64,000 nt of DNA from Okamejei kenojei (Eukaryota). Positions 50,330-62,964 of this stretch are shown here, piece after piece. The translations under genes and the position numbers were made by a program. The first letter of the stretch is position 1. Every line of letters starts with the position of its first letter. The notes under the pieces are model-generated. The model was not told where the DNA came from. It worked only from the letters and a program-made list of their open reading frames with translations, and did not search any database. The stretch is from NCBI GenBank assembly GCA_035221665.1, contig CM069143.1, positions 46,128,001 through 46,192,000 on the forward strand. The letters run 5' to 3'.

Positions 50330-50910
50330 CATAAAGACATTTGCCTTGCTCTTTTCCCTGTGCTATGGAGATAACACATAGCATGGAGGCTCCGGAGGTA
50401 GAGCCAGCCAGGACTTACCAGCGTGGGGCTGGCTGGCTGTGGCGGGTTCAGGCGTTCCGGCGGCCCGACTCGGAGCTGTGGCGGCTTTCCGGTGGTGGTG
50501 GCGGCGACTTCGGAGGTTCGGCCGTGGGCCCAGTGGACGACATCGTCGGGAGCTCGCGGGTCACAGGTTGGTGACCTGTTTTTCCGGAGCTCCCGTGGCA
50601 ACAGCTGCGTCCGCTGGACTGGAGGGCGGCAGCTTCGGCAGCTTCGACCGCGCCGGGCCGCGGAGTTGAACCGGCCCGCTCGCGGAGCGCGGTTCACCCG
50701 CGGGACTTATTTACATCACCCGGTGCGGTCACAACATCGGAGGCCCGGGTCGCCTCAGCGCAGAGGAAGAGGAAGAAGGGAAGAGACAAAGACAAGATTT
50801 TTGCCTTCCACCACAGTTAGGAGGTGTCTGGTGAACTTACTGTGGTGGATGTTAAATATGTGTTTATTATATGTATGACTGCAGGCAACGAAATTTCGTT
50901 CAGACCGCAC
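50330..50910 (+). mobile_element. GC/CpG-rich interspersed repeat with a LINE-like tail (family not identified)
   Basis: Sharp rise in GC and CpG; ends in GACTGCAGGCAACGAAATTTCGTTC, which resembles the Rex1-type tail GCTGCAGCAAGTAAGAATTTCATTG. Confidence 0.45.
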
Positions 50911-53721
50911 ATTTCACATTTCCATAGAATCTTTAATCTTATACACATCCCTGGGAACTTCAATTGAATGCTATCTAAGCCACATAAAGAGCTATTAGTA
51001 AATGAGGTGGCATTTAAATGGTATTGTAAGAGTGGAATGTGAAGCACATAGTGGAAGATATTTAGGAAATAATTTAGGCAGGCAAAAAAGGGAGGAACTC
51101 AACGGATCAGTCAGCATCTGTGGAGGGAAATTGATATACAAGCCACTGCAGATGCTGGAATCTGGAGCAAAAAGAGGAGAACAGCTGGAGGAAATTAGCC
51201 GTTCAGGCGTGGACCAAGATCTTGGCAACTGAAGACATTGTTGCAAATAACGGAGTGCTTATAAATGGTAAAGCGCAAGAGAATCAGGAAAATGAGTGTC
51301 ATTTTGGCCCCTCAAGCTTGATCTACAATTTAGTATGAATTGTGACCCAACACCATATGATATTCCCTTTTAGATAACAGAAATCTTTACCACCAACCTG
51401 ATTGTTAATCTCACATTAATTGAGATTTGGAATAGGCTATTTCAAACTTCTACTTTTGTATGTGGGAGTGTTTCTTAATATTGCTATAGAAACATATGAC
51501 TTACATTTGGACCATGTCTACATTTTACCAGAAGTGACTTTTTATTCTACCCACCACATCATTTCCCGTAACATTTGGAAAACTTCATTAAAATTACTCA
51601 TGCTTAATCTTTCAGATTCCTGGAACTACAACTCAAATTTCTGTTATTACAGCACATAATGTCGTCCTTATCATCCAGGTTTAATTTGCATTCTGTACAA
51701 CAAAACATCTTATTCAAATATGAGTTGCAGTCATCCTTACCCTGACCTTTGATGGTTGTTTTACACCATTTACCTACAATAGGATAGTATGATCACAATT
51801 AGTTAAACACTTTTACTGGCCATGAGAGTGGTAACACAATCCACTGGAGTTGCTTCAATCCTCTGTAAACATTTGTGGAAAATTGGTGGAGTTGCTCGAG
51901 AAAATGTAGTTATTTAAAAATAAGAAGTTACACTATTTCTTATAGGGTTATAGACATCACATTTCCACTAGCAGCAATTCAAGGTCAGATATCCCAAATA
52001 TTAGCTTACAATAAATGTTTCTCAAACTGACGTCATTCTGTGAATCTGCATCCAAAGTCATTGTCCTGTCTGACTGTTCATCTTCCTCTCTCTGTAATCT
52101 TGAACCTCTGCTCCCCTTTCATAACCCACATTGGCTCCCTTACACTCATTAATCCTGAGGAAAATCCATCTATTTGACAGGGTCTTTCCTAATATCTTCC
52201 TCAACTTTGGGCTGTTTAGATTTTAACCCTTTCAGTGGATAAATAATTTATATTCTAAATAATTGCTATCCATTGTAAGAAATCAATCGTTTAATGGTTT
52301 ATTTATTATCATGTGTACTGGGGTACAGTGAAATACTTTTTTTCCATACAACAAGACTATCATACGTAAGCACATTCCCCCAGTTAGTACAGAATGTACA
52401 TAACAGCCCACTGAGTCTATATGCAGGAGGTGCCACTTAGGTGCCATTTTACTCTCCCAGCTACAGCTGGCTACAAAGGCACATGGCAGCCGTCGCCTCC
52501 ATTCTGGTCGTCCGACAAACCATCATCACTCTACTTGCACGACCCTCTTCATCCCTTACTCCCCAGGGGGCACCTCTCACAGCCAACGTTGAGGACATGG
52601 AAGGTAAGACTCCCTGGTTCTTCTTTTGACGGGCCTATTGTCCATCGTCTGTTGCCATTGCCGAGTCCCTCCATCTTCCTCTCCGATTGCTGTTTTTCAG
52701 TGGCTCGCTGTGACTGGGCTCGCTGGGCTTCCCTCCCTGGGCAGATATACTTGGATCATAAACACCAAATTTCAGGCACATTACACATACCAATATCAAT
52801 ACCAATATCAGTTTTATTCATCACTTGCACATAAAGTGGGTATGGGTATCGCCATTCAATTGGCTAAACTAAATGGTCACTCATAAAAACTGCCAAAGAT
52901 ATTTCATAGCCTGATTTTTGTAGGCATTAGAATGCTCCTCCCTGTCCCACAAAAATACTCTGCCAATTATTGGCCTTTTGTAGTTTTTCCTTACCCGACC
53001 CTCAACCCTTAATTCCGTAGATCTCTCTCTTCTCTCCAATTGTTCACTCTTCCAGTTCACTGACAATATCAACTCAAGACTCGGGTCATAAAATGAGTGA
53101 GACCAACAGTGTTGCGGGTCTGAAGACACATTGTGATTCTTAAATCAGCTAAGATGTACTGAAAGACATTCTTCTATGATTCAAACTTCTGTGTTTATAG
53201 TAAGACTGTTTATACATGAGGCACACTGCGAAAGCAATCTTCATTCAACATTTAAGCAATAACAATGATGATAAAGTACAAAATCCTATCACAGCTGAAT
53301 GAATACTCAACATTCAATCTCCACAACATGCTTTAGTGGAAGCGTATATGTCACGAATTTCCATACTTCCCATAATTTGTTGTCCAGGTAATTCTATGTA
53401 ATGTAAATGTCCCAGAGGTGGTGAAAGTGCTAGTTGCTCAGTGGATCTGAACAATAATGAACCATTTACTGCAATAGATCATAGGCTGTAATGATACTGT
53501 GTGTTAATTTGTGCTTGAAAGCTCCATTCTGCAATCAAGCAACATCACCAGTCCATAATGCTGGATGTGATTATCTTTTGACAATTTGCCCATAATGAAT
53601 CACCAGGAACAGGTGCACAATGAATGTGAGTTATTGATTCACTCTAAAACTGCAGGTCTGAAATAAAAACGCAAGGTTCATTTTCCAATCACATTCATCA
53701 GATTAACAGGGTGAACTCAGA

Positions 53722-54498
53722 GAAACATAGACACATAGATAATAGGTGCAAGAGGAGGCCATTTGGCCCTTCGAGCCAGCACCGCCATTCATTGCGATCA
53801 TGGTTGATCATCCACAATCAGTAACCCATGCCTGACTTCTCCTCATACCCCTTGATTCCGCTAGCGCCAATAGCTCTATCATACTCTACTGCCTTCTGTG
53901 GCAGAGAATTGTACAAATTCACAACTCTCTGGGTGAAAAGGTGTTTTTCTCATCTCAGTTTTAAATGGCCTCCCCATTATTCTTAGACTGTGGCCCCTGG
54001 TTCTGGACTCCTCCAACATTGGGAACATTTTTCCTGTATCTAGCTTGTCCAGTCCTTTTATAATTTTATATGTTTCTATAAGATGCCCTCTCATCCTTCT
54101 AAATTCCAGTGAATACAAGCCCAGTATTTCCAATCTTTCCTCATATGACAGTCCCGCCATCCCAGGGATTAACCTCGTGAACCTATGCTGCACTGCCTCA
54201 ATAGCAAGGATGCCCTTCCTCAAATTAGGAGACTGAAACTGAACACAATACTCCAGATGTGGTCTCACCAGGGCCCAGTACAACTCCAGAAGGACCTCTT
54301 TACTCCTGTACTCAAATACTCTTGTTATGAAGGCCAACATACCATTAGCTTTCTTCACTGCCTGCTGTACCTACATGTTTACTTTCAGTGACTGGCGTAC
54401 AAGGACACCCAGGTCTCATTGCACTTCCCTTTTTCCTAATCTGACAACATTCAGATAATAATCTACCTCCTTGATCTTGCCGCCAAAGTGGATAACTC
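53722..54498 (-). mobile_element. CR1 3' fragment
   Basis: ORF 53879-54358 KKANGMLAFI...LVRPHLEYCVQF...RTRGHSL; (TTTCTATG)-type tail at 53722. Confidence 0.92.
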
Positions 54499-55439
54499 GG
54501 GCAGACACCATTAAAACATATGGCACATTCATCAGTTAGATTCTTCCTAATTTATACATTACATATAATTATGTTCGTGTAATCAAAACAGAACAAAGTG
54601 ACTCCCACCAGAAATATTTATATTATTTAAGTCAAGAATGGGGAGCATCAATTTCTCACAATTCTGCCTCCTAGAGATTCAAACAATAACCATGACTGTT
54701 GGAATTAAATAAACTACGACACACTCATCTTAAATCTAAAATAATATTCCATGTTAGTGCAATGCAAAAATATCAATTAATAATTTCATGCTTAAGGGAC
54801 CTTTAAGAGTGCTCATAAAGTGCGAGGAAATGATTTGGTCAACTGGAAACCAAGGTCATAAATCTGAAAAGAGCAGAGGACAAAAAAGTGAAAGTTGGCT
54901 ATGGTAGATTGGAAAACCACATAAAAAGAGACAGAAGAGTAAATCTGAGAGTACTATTGTTTAAACAATGTATAGATTTTTCAGTATATAGATACATATC
55001 CTTTTATGACAAATACTCACCGTGTAAAGTGGTCTTGCCAAGACTACGAAGAGAAGCTAAAGATAAAAAGGGCTGCCAACAGGATCAGGAACATTTCAGG
55101 ATTCAGGAAGAGAAATTGATGAGGAAAGGGAAAGGAAAATGCAAGAATAATCGAGATATCTGGATTGGGTAGCTTACAACCCAATGGTATAAACATTCAA
55201 TTCTCCAATTTTAGGCAGCCTCTAACAACCTCCCCTTTACCTTTCTCCCCCCACACACCTCTTTCTCCAGACCCCTCCCTCCATGATATGATTAGTTAGG
55301 AAGTGGTAAATGAGTACTGAAAAAAACAATGAAAGGCAAAATTCTTCAGATTCTGAAAACTTGAATTAAAAGCAGAAAATGCTGGAACTACTCAGTAGGT
55401 CAGGCAGCATATATGGAAAGAGCATTAGTTCATTGTAAT

Positions 55440-55612
55440 AGACAAAAATGCTGGAGAAACTCAGCGGGTGAGGCAGCATCTATGGAGCCAAGGAAATAGG
55501 CAACGTTTCGTGGCAAAACCCTTCTTCAGACAGGTTGTTGCCTAACCCGCTGAGTTTCTCCAGCATTTTTGTCTACCTTCGATTTTCCAGTATCTGCAGT
55601 TTCTTCTTAAAC
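55440..55612. mobile_element. 173-bp internally inverted Penelope-tail element with hammerhead-like core, nested in an older relative
   Basis: AGTTCATTGTAAT duplicated at 55427-55439 and 55613-55625; minus-strand CTGAAGA-AGGG...GAAAC-GTT core near 55498-55531. Confidence 0.75.
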
Positions 55613-55709
55613 AGTTCATTGTAATGTTATTTTTAGGTTCTGAGGAAAGGTCTCATACCTAAACTGTTTACTGGGCCTCGTTCCACAGATGGGGTGGGAA
55701 GCGAGGTAG

Positions 55710-58700
55710 AATAGTAAGATTAAATGAGAATTTACCAAGTTTGAAGTTTGATCGTTATTTTATGAGGAGTTACGATGAGGGATTACGTGAAGAAGTCCCG
55801 CCTGGCACATGATCGGCATACTTCAAAGCAGCGGCATGAAAATCACAGAACCAATAGCCGGAGTAAGATAGTAAGGCTCAACATAGACTAGAACTACCAG
55901 ATGATCATTTATTTTATGAGGGTTGGGAGTGGAGGGCACGTAATCCCTCATCGTAACTCCTCATAAAATAACGATCAAACTTCAAACTTGGTAAGTTCTC
56001 GTTTAATCTTACTATTTTACTTCGGAGTCACGTGAGTGACTACGTGAAGATTTTGTAGCTCTGTGTTTTTTAGGTCGTAGATTCATTCCATACGACACTC
56101 TGGCTCAATCAACACAGTAGTGAGTAAATAATACTCTTTTAAACATTTCTTTAGTTTATGTAATAAGTCTTTTCATTATAAAAGAATGAAAGTAATAAAA
56201 AGATATAAATCGATAATATAAACAAAGCACAAAGAGAACCCAACACTGCGTGTCCAACCCTGACACCGTGAGAACTGGTTTCTTGTAAACTTTGAAAAGT
56301 TTCTTTTACATCATCCTACGGCCTCTAATTTTTTTTTTTGATCGAGTGGCCCATCCTGTGCCTTTGCCGTGGATGTACCTACCTCCCTGGTGGAGTGATT
56401 TTTAACATCTCAATGTCTACTCCTGCTGAGTCCCAAACCTGTTTTAACCATCTAGAATATAACTATCTGGAACCATCAGTTTGTACTGATATTTTTATGT
56501 GGTTTTTGTGTGTAATAAATAGCGCTGTCTCACCACCATGGAGACTCTTGCCTACTTCAACACATTGAGTCAATGCTTAACCACACACAATTTTTGGTCG
56601 GCAGGATATGCTTTAAAATTTACCTTGGTTCCAGCTCCTCCAGGTCTGCTTTGTTTGGTTAAGTCATAAACATATAAGACAATGTTATCTGCAGCCACAT
56701 GCATACAGTCTAACGTAACATTTGCACTCTTTGTGCTGATACTAGTCATGAGCATTATTACTTCAAATGTTAACTTCCGAAACAGTGATAGAATTGGAGC
56801 CCATTGCCTAAGCAAAGTAAGAACTATGCTGACCTCCCAAACTTCTGTATTTTGGGCAGATTTTAATATATATTCCTTTCCCATATCGGGATATTAACGG
56901 ATGAGACCCGATAGATTCATGGTCAGCAATTTGTCCTAAATAGGACGATAAAGCACTACGAGCCCTATTAATGGCCCTATCGCTTAGGTGCTGATCAAAA
57001 ATGCAATCCAGCAAGGAACTCCAATATATCTTGTTAGCAGTATGAAAATATCTTTGACTGTCTACCAAAGACTTCCAATTTCTTTATATAAACAAAATAT
57101 TGTTTTTTATGCTATGTTTCCAAGCTGCAATTGTAACATTCATGGTCCTATCCAACAGTCCAAGCTCTTGTAATGGTCTGGTCAGAACCTGCAGATTAAC
57201 AAATTCATATGATCATGCCATGGATGAATTTCTGCAACAAATTACTGCAGCTAGGAATCATCATAAATGGTTCAATTATTATTCTAAACATCAATGAGAA
57301 CCATGACTGCGTCCGATTTGGGCCACCAAACCGCCCGTGGCAGAGTCTTGCTATATTTTCATCAGACATTGCCTAATCAGACAGGATGGGGAACATAAAA
57401 GAACATATTTCCCCCCCAATGCAGTGAGAATGCATTCACAGCTACTGCTCCTGGGTTGGGTTCCCATGAGACGTATTTGGGCAATTAGTGATTTAATCTA
57501 GACGCAAACAGATCAATATCAGGTAATCCATACCACTGACAATGTTTTCCAACATTCTGGATTGTCTTTAAATTTTCGTGATCTGTTGTCTGCCACAATA
57601 TTGTCTCTCCCTGAGATAGATAGCTGAAAGCCAAATATTCTTAAAGATACACCAATGCCACATCTGGTTAACCAGATAATCACATGATAATGATCTTACT
57701 CGACCCATGTGATTGATATATGCCACAGCTGTGGTATTGTCTACTTGTAATAGAACATGCAAATCTTTCATGGTAGAACAATAAGCTTTTAATCCATAAA
57801 AGCTCTTAACAACTCCAAATAATTAATACCAAATGTTTGGAGAAATAAGTTTCTTGGACAATCCATCTGCCACCCCCTGGTGCTATAGGTCCGTAGCCCC
57901 CTAGATAAGGGATGTATCAGATATTAACAGATATTACACTTATCTTAGCCCAAAAAAAACAGCAAAAAAAAACGAGAACCTATCCACCATCCGAGGATTG
58001 CTTCAGTTTGTAATGACTGCTGGCTGCTGAGCTAATATGTTTTTAAGCAGCTTGTGGAACATTCTCAATCCACCACTGTAATTCTGATAAAGCTTCCTTT
58101 GGCAATTGCATAGGCCTGTCAAAATGGCCTGCACACTCTTCTAGTGCTTGTGTTTTTGCCCTTTGGAGCTTTTTTGGTAATGCAGTTGACCAACTCTACT
58201 GTAGAAATAGTGTTACTAATTTACCTAAGCTCCTTCTTGGATGGAGGGATAAGGCTTGTCACAAGGCAATGACACACATTTGTAATATTGACACTTTGTC
58301 TCTTGGTAAATTTACTGAACATGGTACTGAATCACTCACAAACCCCAAATAGTAAATTGTTGGGGATGGCTGAAGCTTAGATTTTGTTGGATGAATCAGG
58401 ACCCTAGCCTTTCAACAACTTGTAGTTGCTGCACTAATTTTTCAGCTGACTCCTGATCAGCATTGCCAATTAAAAATGTCATCAAGATAAACCATGACCA
58501 TGTGTCCTTATCAGTGCAAGTGCTGGTTTCAACCATTGTGTGAACAGCCTAGAAGCTGAGCTTAATCCATTAGATAATGCCTTAATTTGCCATAGCTGAC
58601 CCATTTAATTAATTTTCAAGTACCTGTGAACATGATGATAAATTGGTACTAAATCATACGCATCCTTAACGTCTATAGTAACCAATTACAACTTGTTGAT

Positions 58701-60477
58701 AACAACTGCCTTGCAGTGTTGAAGGTGTCCATTTTGAAATGTTTTATACTGGACAAATGTATTAAAGTGTGTGATGTCCAGAATGACTCTACAACCACCA
58801 TCTTTTTTCTGCCTGGGGAAATTATTTGATACAAATTGTTGTGGATGCTTACTCCATTTTTTTCCCCATTACACTTTCCCTAAATAATTTCTTACCTTCT
58901 TTATTTGAGATTTTTCAGGTGCAGAAACATAAAATACGATTAGGTTTATTCTGTACAGGTGGATCAATTCCTTCTACAAATTTTATTGTAGATCCTTACA
59001 CAGTATCTAATATAAACTTCAGCTGTAATGCAATATCATTTATCATAACACACCTGTAATCTACCACCAATCAGAGGTTCAACAAAAACTTCCTCTGTGA
59101 TAGAATAAAGTATTTGTATCTCTCCAAATGCACGTGATGGCCTTCTTCCCCAACAATATGGGTTAACATAAGGCTGTGCTGGATGAAAATACTTCCTCAC
59201 CATACTCCTGCCTCTGTTTGATCCATATATCAAATCCCCTTCACATTGGACCAGCCAATTTTGCAAAAGTTTTATGAGGCTGATAGTCTTTGCCTCTTTA
59301 TCAATGTCTTTGATTTGTTTTAGGCAGGTTTACTCCGTAATAACCAGGAGTTTGAACATAGCTTGATCTGTATTGACCTGCAAATCTAAAGTGCAAAATG
59401 GTCCGAATGGCAATTTTCTCTCATACCATTGAGCTCAACATATGAGCTATAAAACAATGCCACTTGTCTTTTTTAAATTTTGGTCTTTCCATAAGCAGTG
59501 ATGCCACCCGCAAACTTGAAACTCTTTGGAATCGTATTCCCTGTGCCTCCACACTGTTGAAGACATGGGTGCCTTAATCGGATTCACCATTGGCACCCTA
59601 GTAAACCACTAGTGTTTTCATATAAATCTGCTGTTTCAGCCATAACAGCCTCCTGAAGCTGGTGAGAAACCAATTGATGTTGGCCACCATGGTTACCTTC
59701 CATGGCCTCACCGCTTCCTTCAGGTATCGTACTTTGTACCCATTAAGTACACCTGGATTTAACTTGTGCTGTGGTGGGTCCTTATGAACAAAAACACCAC
59801 TTTCAGTTTTTTACTGCCCTGGTACTCTTGAGACTTGCTCAAGGAGACTACCTCCAGCCCAATCCGAGGTTCATATTCCCACAGTGGTAAAAGCACCATA
59901 TACTTGTATATGGAAACCCCTCAGGGCCTGCCTGGGAATATTCTGGGTTTTTTAGACCCTTGGTTGAAAATAATTTGGAGTATTTCTCCATTTAATTTAT
60001 TCTAAGCCACAAGGCTTTCTTGTCTGGAGGGCTTTCCTTATTAGAATCATCTAAAACCACGGCCTCTCAGACTTCTTTATTTTCTTCCCCACTGGAGATT
60101 CTTCCCGTGGCTTTAGTTTGTGGAGCGACTAAATGCTCCCTACGGTTAATTTTAACGGCCACCGGTATCGGAACCGGCTCCGCACTAATCTGCCGTCCCG
60201 ATCGCTGAGCTTCTACCCAGGACGCATTTTAACCTCCGGTTTTCCTCCGGAGTTTTTTCTCTTTTCCTTTCAACTCCTGCTGGCTCTGCACGCCAGCACC
60301 ACGGAGTTTGAAACACGCCCTGTAAATCATTCAATCCACTTACTTGCGGGCCTGTTCCTTACCGCTGGTGGAGCTGCGCTCTGCAGCTCTTTGCCTACCG
60401 ACAGCGTCGACGTAATGACGATCATGCGCCAGATGGGACTTCTTCACGTAGTCACTCACGTGACTCTGAAGTAAAAT
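55710..60477 (-). mobile_element. DIRS1-like tyrosine-recombinase retrotransposon, full extent, ORFs decayed
   Basis: RNase H (VDNTTAVAYIN), methyltransferase-like (DIDLFASRLN), and YR remnants (INRARSALS, KQSRPG, LCVV). Short ITRs, an internal complementary region at 55937-56050, and AAT at both ends. Confidence 0.9.
57897..57983 (-). pseudogene. 3'-truncated U2 snRNA pseudogene inside the DIRS element
   Basis: Minus strand ATAGGTTCTCG...GGCTAAGATAAGTGTAATATCTGTTAATATCTGATACATCCCTTATCTAGGGG aligns with the first ~85 nt of U2, with a ~10-nt deletion and T-run expansions. Confidence 0.85.
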
Positions 60478-61984
60478 CATCCCATTACCTGCCCTTCCAA
60501 TGGATGTCCTGCCCGCATCCCTATCCATCCCTATCAATGGGCAGGCCAACATTTGCCAGAGGAAGACCAAATAATTCATGGTCAATAAAAAGGAATGGAG
60601 AATTGATGCAAGTGGTGTCAGCCCCACTTTTACTGTTTTACTCTTATGGGACTTTTATTTACTGTGCATTTTAGGAAAAGCAAAGCAAGTGAGAAACCAC
60701 AATGGCAGAGTTAATGAATGGCTCAGTTTGTATTTACTTCAGGAATGCAAACAAGCTTCATACTGAAACACTGAACATTTTGTTTTATTTACAGGCTGTG
60801 CATTCCCTGTTGCTTGTGTACTCCTTATACAGGATGTATCAATGAAGTCTAGCCAGCTCGTTGATCATAAAAAAACCTTTACTGTACATCAGTGATAGTT
60901 GGAAGATTGAAATTATATATGTGTATATCTCTAGGTGATAATTAGTTAATTATGTAAAATAGAGTTGCAATAAATGAATCGCCATTTCTAAACTAAAATT
61001 GTTTTTTGGAATTCACCTATTAAACCTTGTCAGGGTTGATTATTGAACAGGTGAATGTGTTGGAATGCAACAGAAATCATTTCCCAACTGGAAATTGTGT
61101 ATACATGTGCGAGTTGATTTTATTTCTTTAAGTAAAGAAATAGTGCCAAAGTAAGAAATGAGTTATGGCCAGCAAGCAGACTTAGAATTAACTAATCCAT
61201 CAACCTGGTCTTCATGAAGTGTTTTCATTAAAAGCAATGTGAGGGCTTTCAGTCTTGGCTAAAGCTACGCGGAAACTCTGGAGAAATAGTGTCAACAGTG
61301 TTGATGATGTTTCTTTGGCATTTCTGTGTGACTTTGTCAAAGTTAAAGTGGACAATCCCTGTAATTTAACCCACATGTGGTTAATCCTGGAGTGAAGCTT
61401 AAGTACACAACTTTCTGCCATAGATTTGAGAAATTCACCAGTTCAGCTGCACAGATACTTAAAATTAATTTTGTTTCAGTGATGAGAAGGATGCATGTAA
61501 AAATATTCATATGTTTATTTTACCCACGAAATCAATTTTATTATGACAGTAGTAGGTTTATGGTTTCATAAAAACATGCATCAAAGCCTGGCACTGTTAC
61601 AACCTCTTGTCTGTTAGGGAAGCATTAAGTAATATAGCGACAGCGGACAGGAATACCATCTTGTTTTTCTGTAGCATTGTAAGTTCCACACAGGAGACAC
61701 TTGCCCTACCCATCACAAGGAAGAGATATTAGTTCACCAGTTTCCCCCCCACAAATACACAGTTTGTGTTTTTGGAGAGTCTTGCAGATTCTTTTTGTCG
61801 AATTTTCAGAATTTCCAAACATTCACTAGTCAATGGATCAGTTTAGTCTATTAAGGGTATTGCAAGGAGAAAATTAAAGCCCTGCAAGCCCTCACACACT
61901 ACACGTTCACTTTCCCCATTACTGTCCATCCCTGACATGTTGCTTGGAGTCTAAACTTTTCATCTATCCATATTTCCCAGCAAA

Positions 61985-62535
61985 GAGTCTGCACAGATAA
62001 GTAGTTCCACGTTAGGAAACAGGGGTTCCCCTATGCAGTTATAGATGAGGCTCTCACTAGGGTCTCGATATCCCGCAACTCCGCTCTTGCTTCCCCCCCC
62101 CCCCCCCCCCATTCACAACGAGGACATAGTCCCCCTTGTTCTCACCTTCCACCCCATCAGCCATCACATACAGCATATAATCCTTCAACACTCGCCACCT
62201 CCAACGGGATCCCAATACTGGCCACATCTTCCCATCTCTACCCCTTTCTGCTTTCTGCAAAGACCGTTCCCTCCGCAGCTCCCTGGTCAACTCGTCCCTT
62301 CCCACCCAAACCACCCCCTCCCCAAGTACATTCCCCTGCAACCGCAGGAGATGCAACATCTGCCCCTTTACCTCCCCCCTCGACTCCATCCAAGGATCCC
62401 AACAGCCTTTTCAGGTTCACTTGCACCTCCCCCAACCTCATCTACTGTATCCGTTTTACTAGGTGTCAACTTCTGTACATCGGCGAGACCAAGCGCAGGC
62501 TCGGCGATCGTTTCGCTGAACACCTCCGCTAAGTC
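61985..62535 (+). mobile_element. Penelope-like element fragment (RT-EN linker and GIY-YIG endonuclease)
   Basis: VPLVLTFHP, FPCNRRRCNICP, FTCTSPNLIYCI and YIGETKRRLGDRFAEHLR in shifting frames. Confidence 0.88.
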
Positions 62536-62678
62536 GGCCTTAATCCCCTGTCCTACGGTTCGAGTTCATTCCAAGAGTTCTCCCGAGTTTACCCTGATTC
62601 GAACTCGGAGATTTACGGTAATTGCCACTCGTGGACATTTTTCATCATGTTGAAAAATCTTCACGAGTCTTCCCGTGC

Positions 62679-62925
62679 ATAGAGTCATAGAGTGATACAG
62701 TTTGGAAACAGGCTCTTCGGCCCAACTCGCCCACACCGGCCAACAATGTCCCATCTACCCTAGTCCCACTTGCCTGCACTTGGTCCATACCCCTCCAAAC
62801 CTGTCCTATCCATGTACCTGTCCAACTGTTTCTTAAACAATGAGATAGTCCCAGCCTCAACTACCTCCTCTGGTAGCTTGTTCCATACACCCACCACTCT
62901 CTGTGTGAAAATGTTACCCCTTGGA
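62679..62925 (-). mobile_element. CR1 3' end fragment
   Basis: [19 protein letters not shown]...GKWD*, 3' UTR and (CTCTATGA)n tail. Confidence 0.9.
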
Positions 62926-62964
62926 TTCCTAAGCATGATAAACAGGGATGCACCCACAATTGTA

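Noticed and set aside
61212-61421. Possible minus-strand terminal exon of a neighbouring gene such as ocrl
   Set aside because: No frame resembles a protein I recognise and the acceptor is weak.
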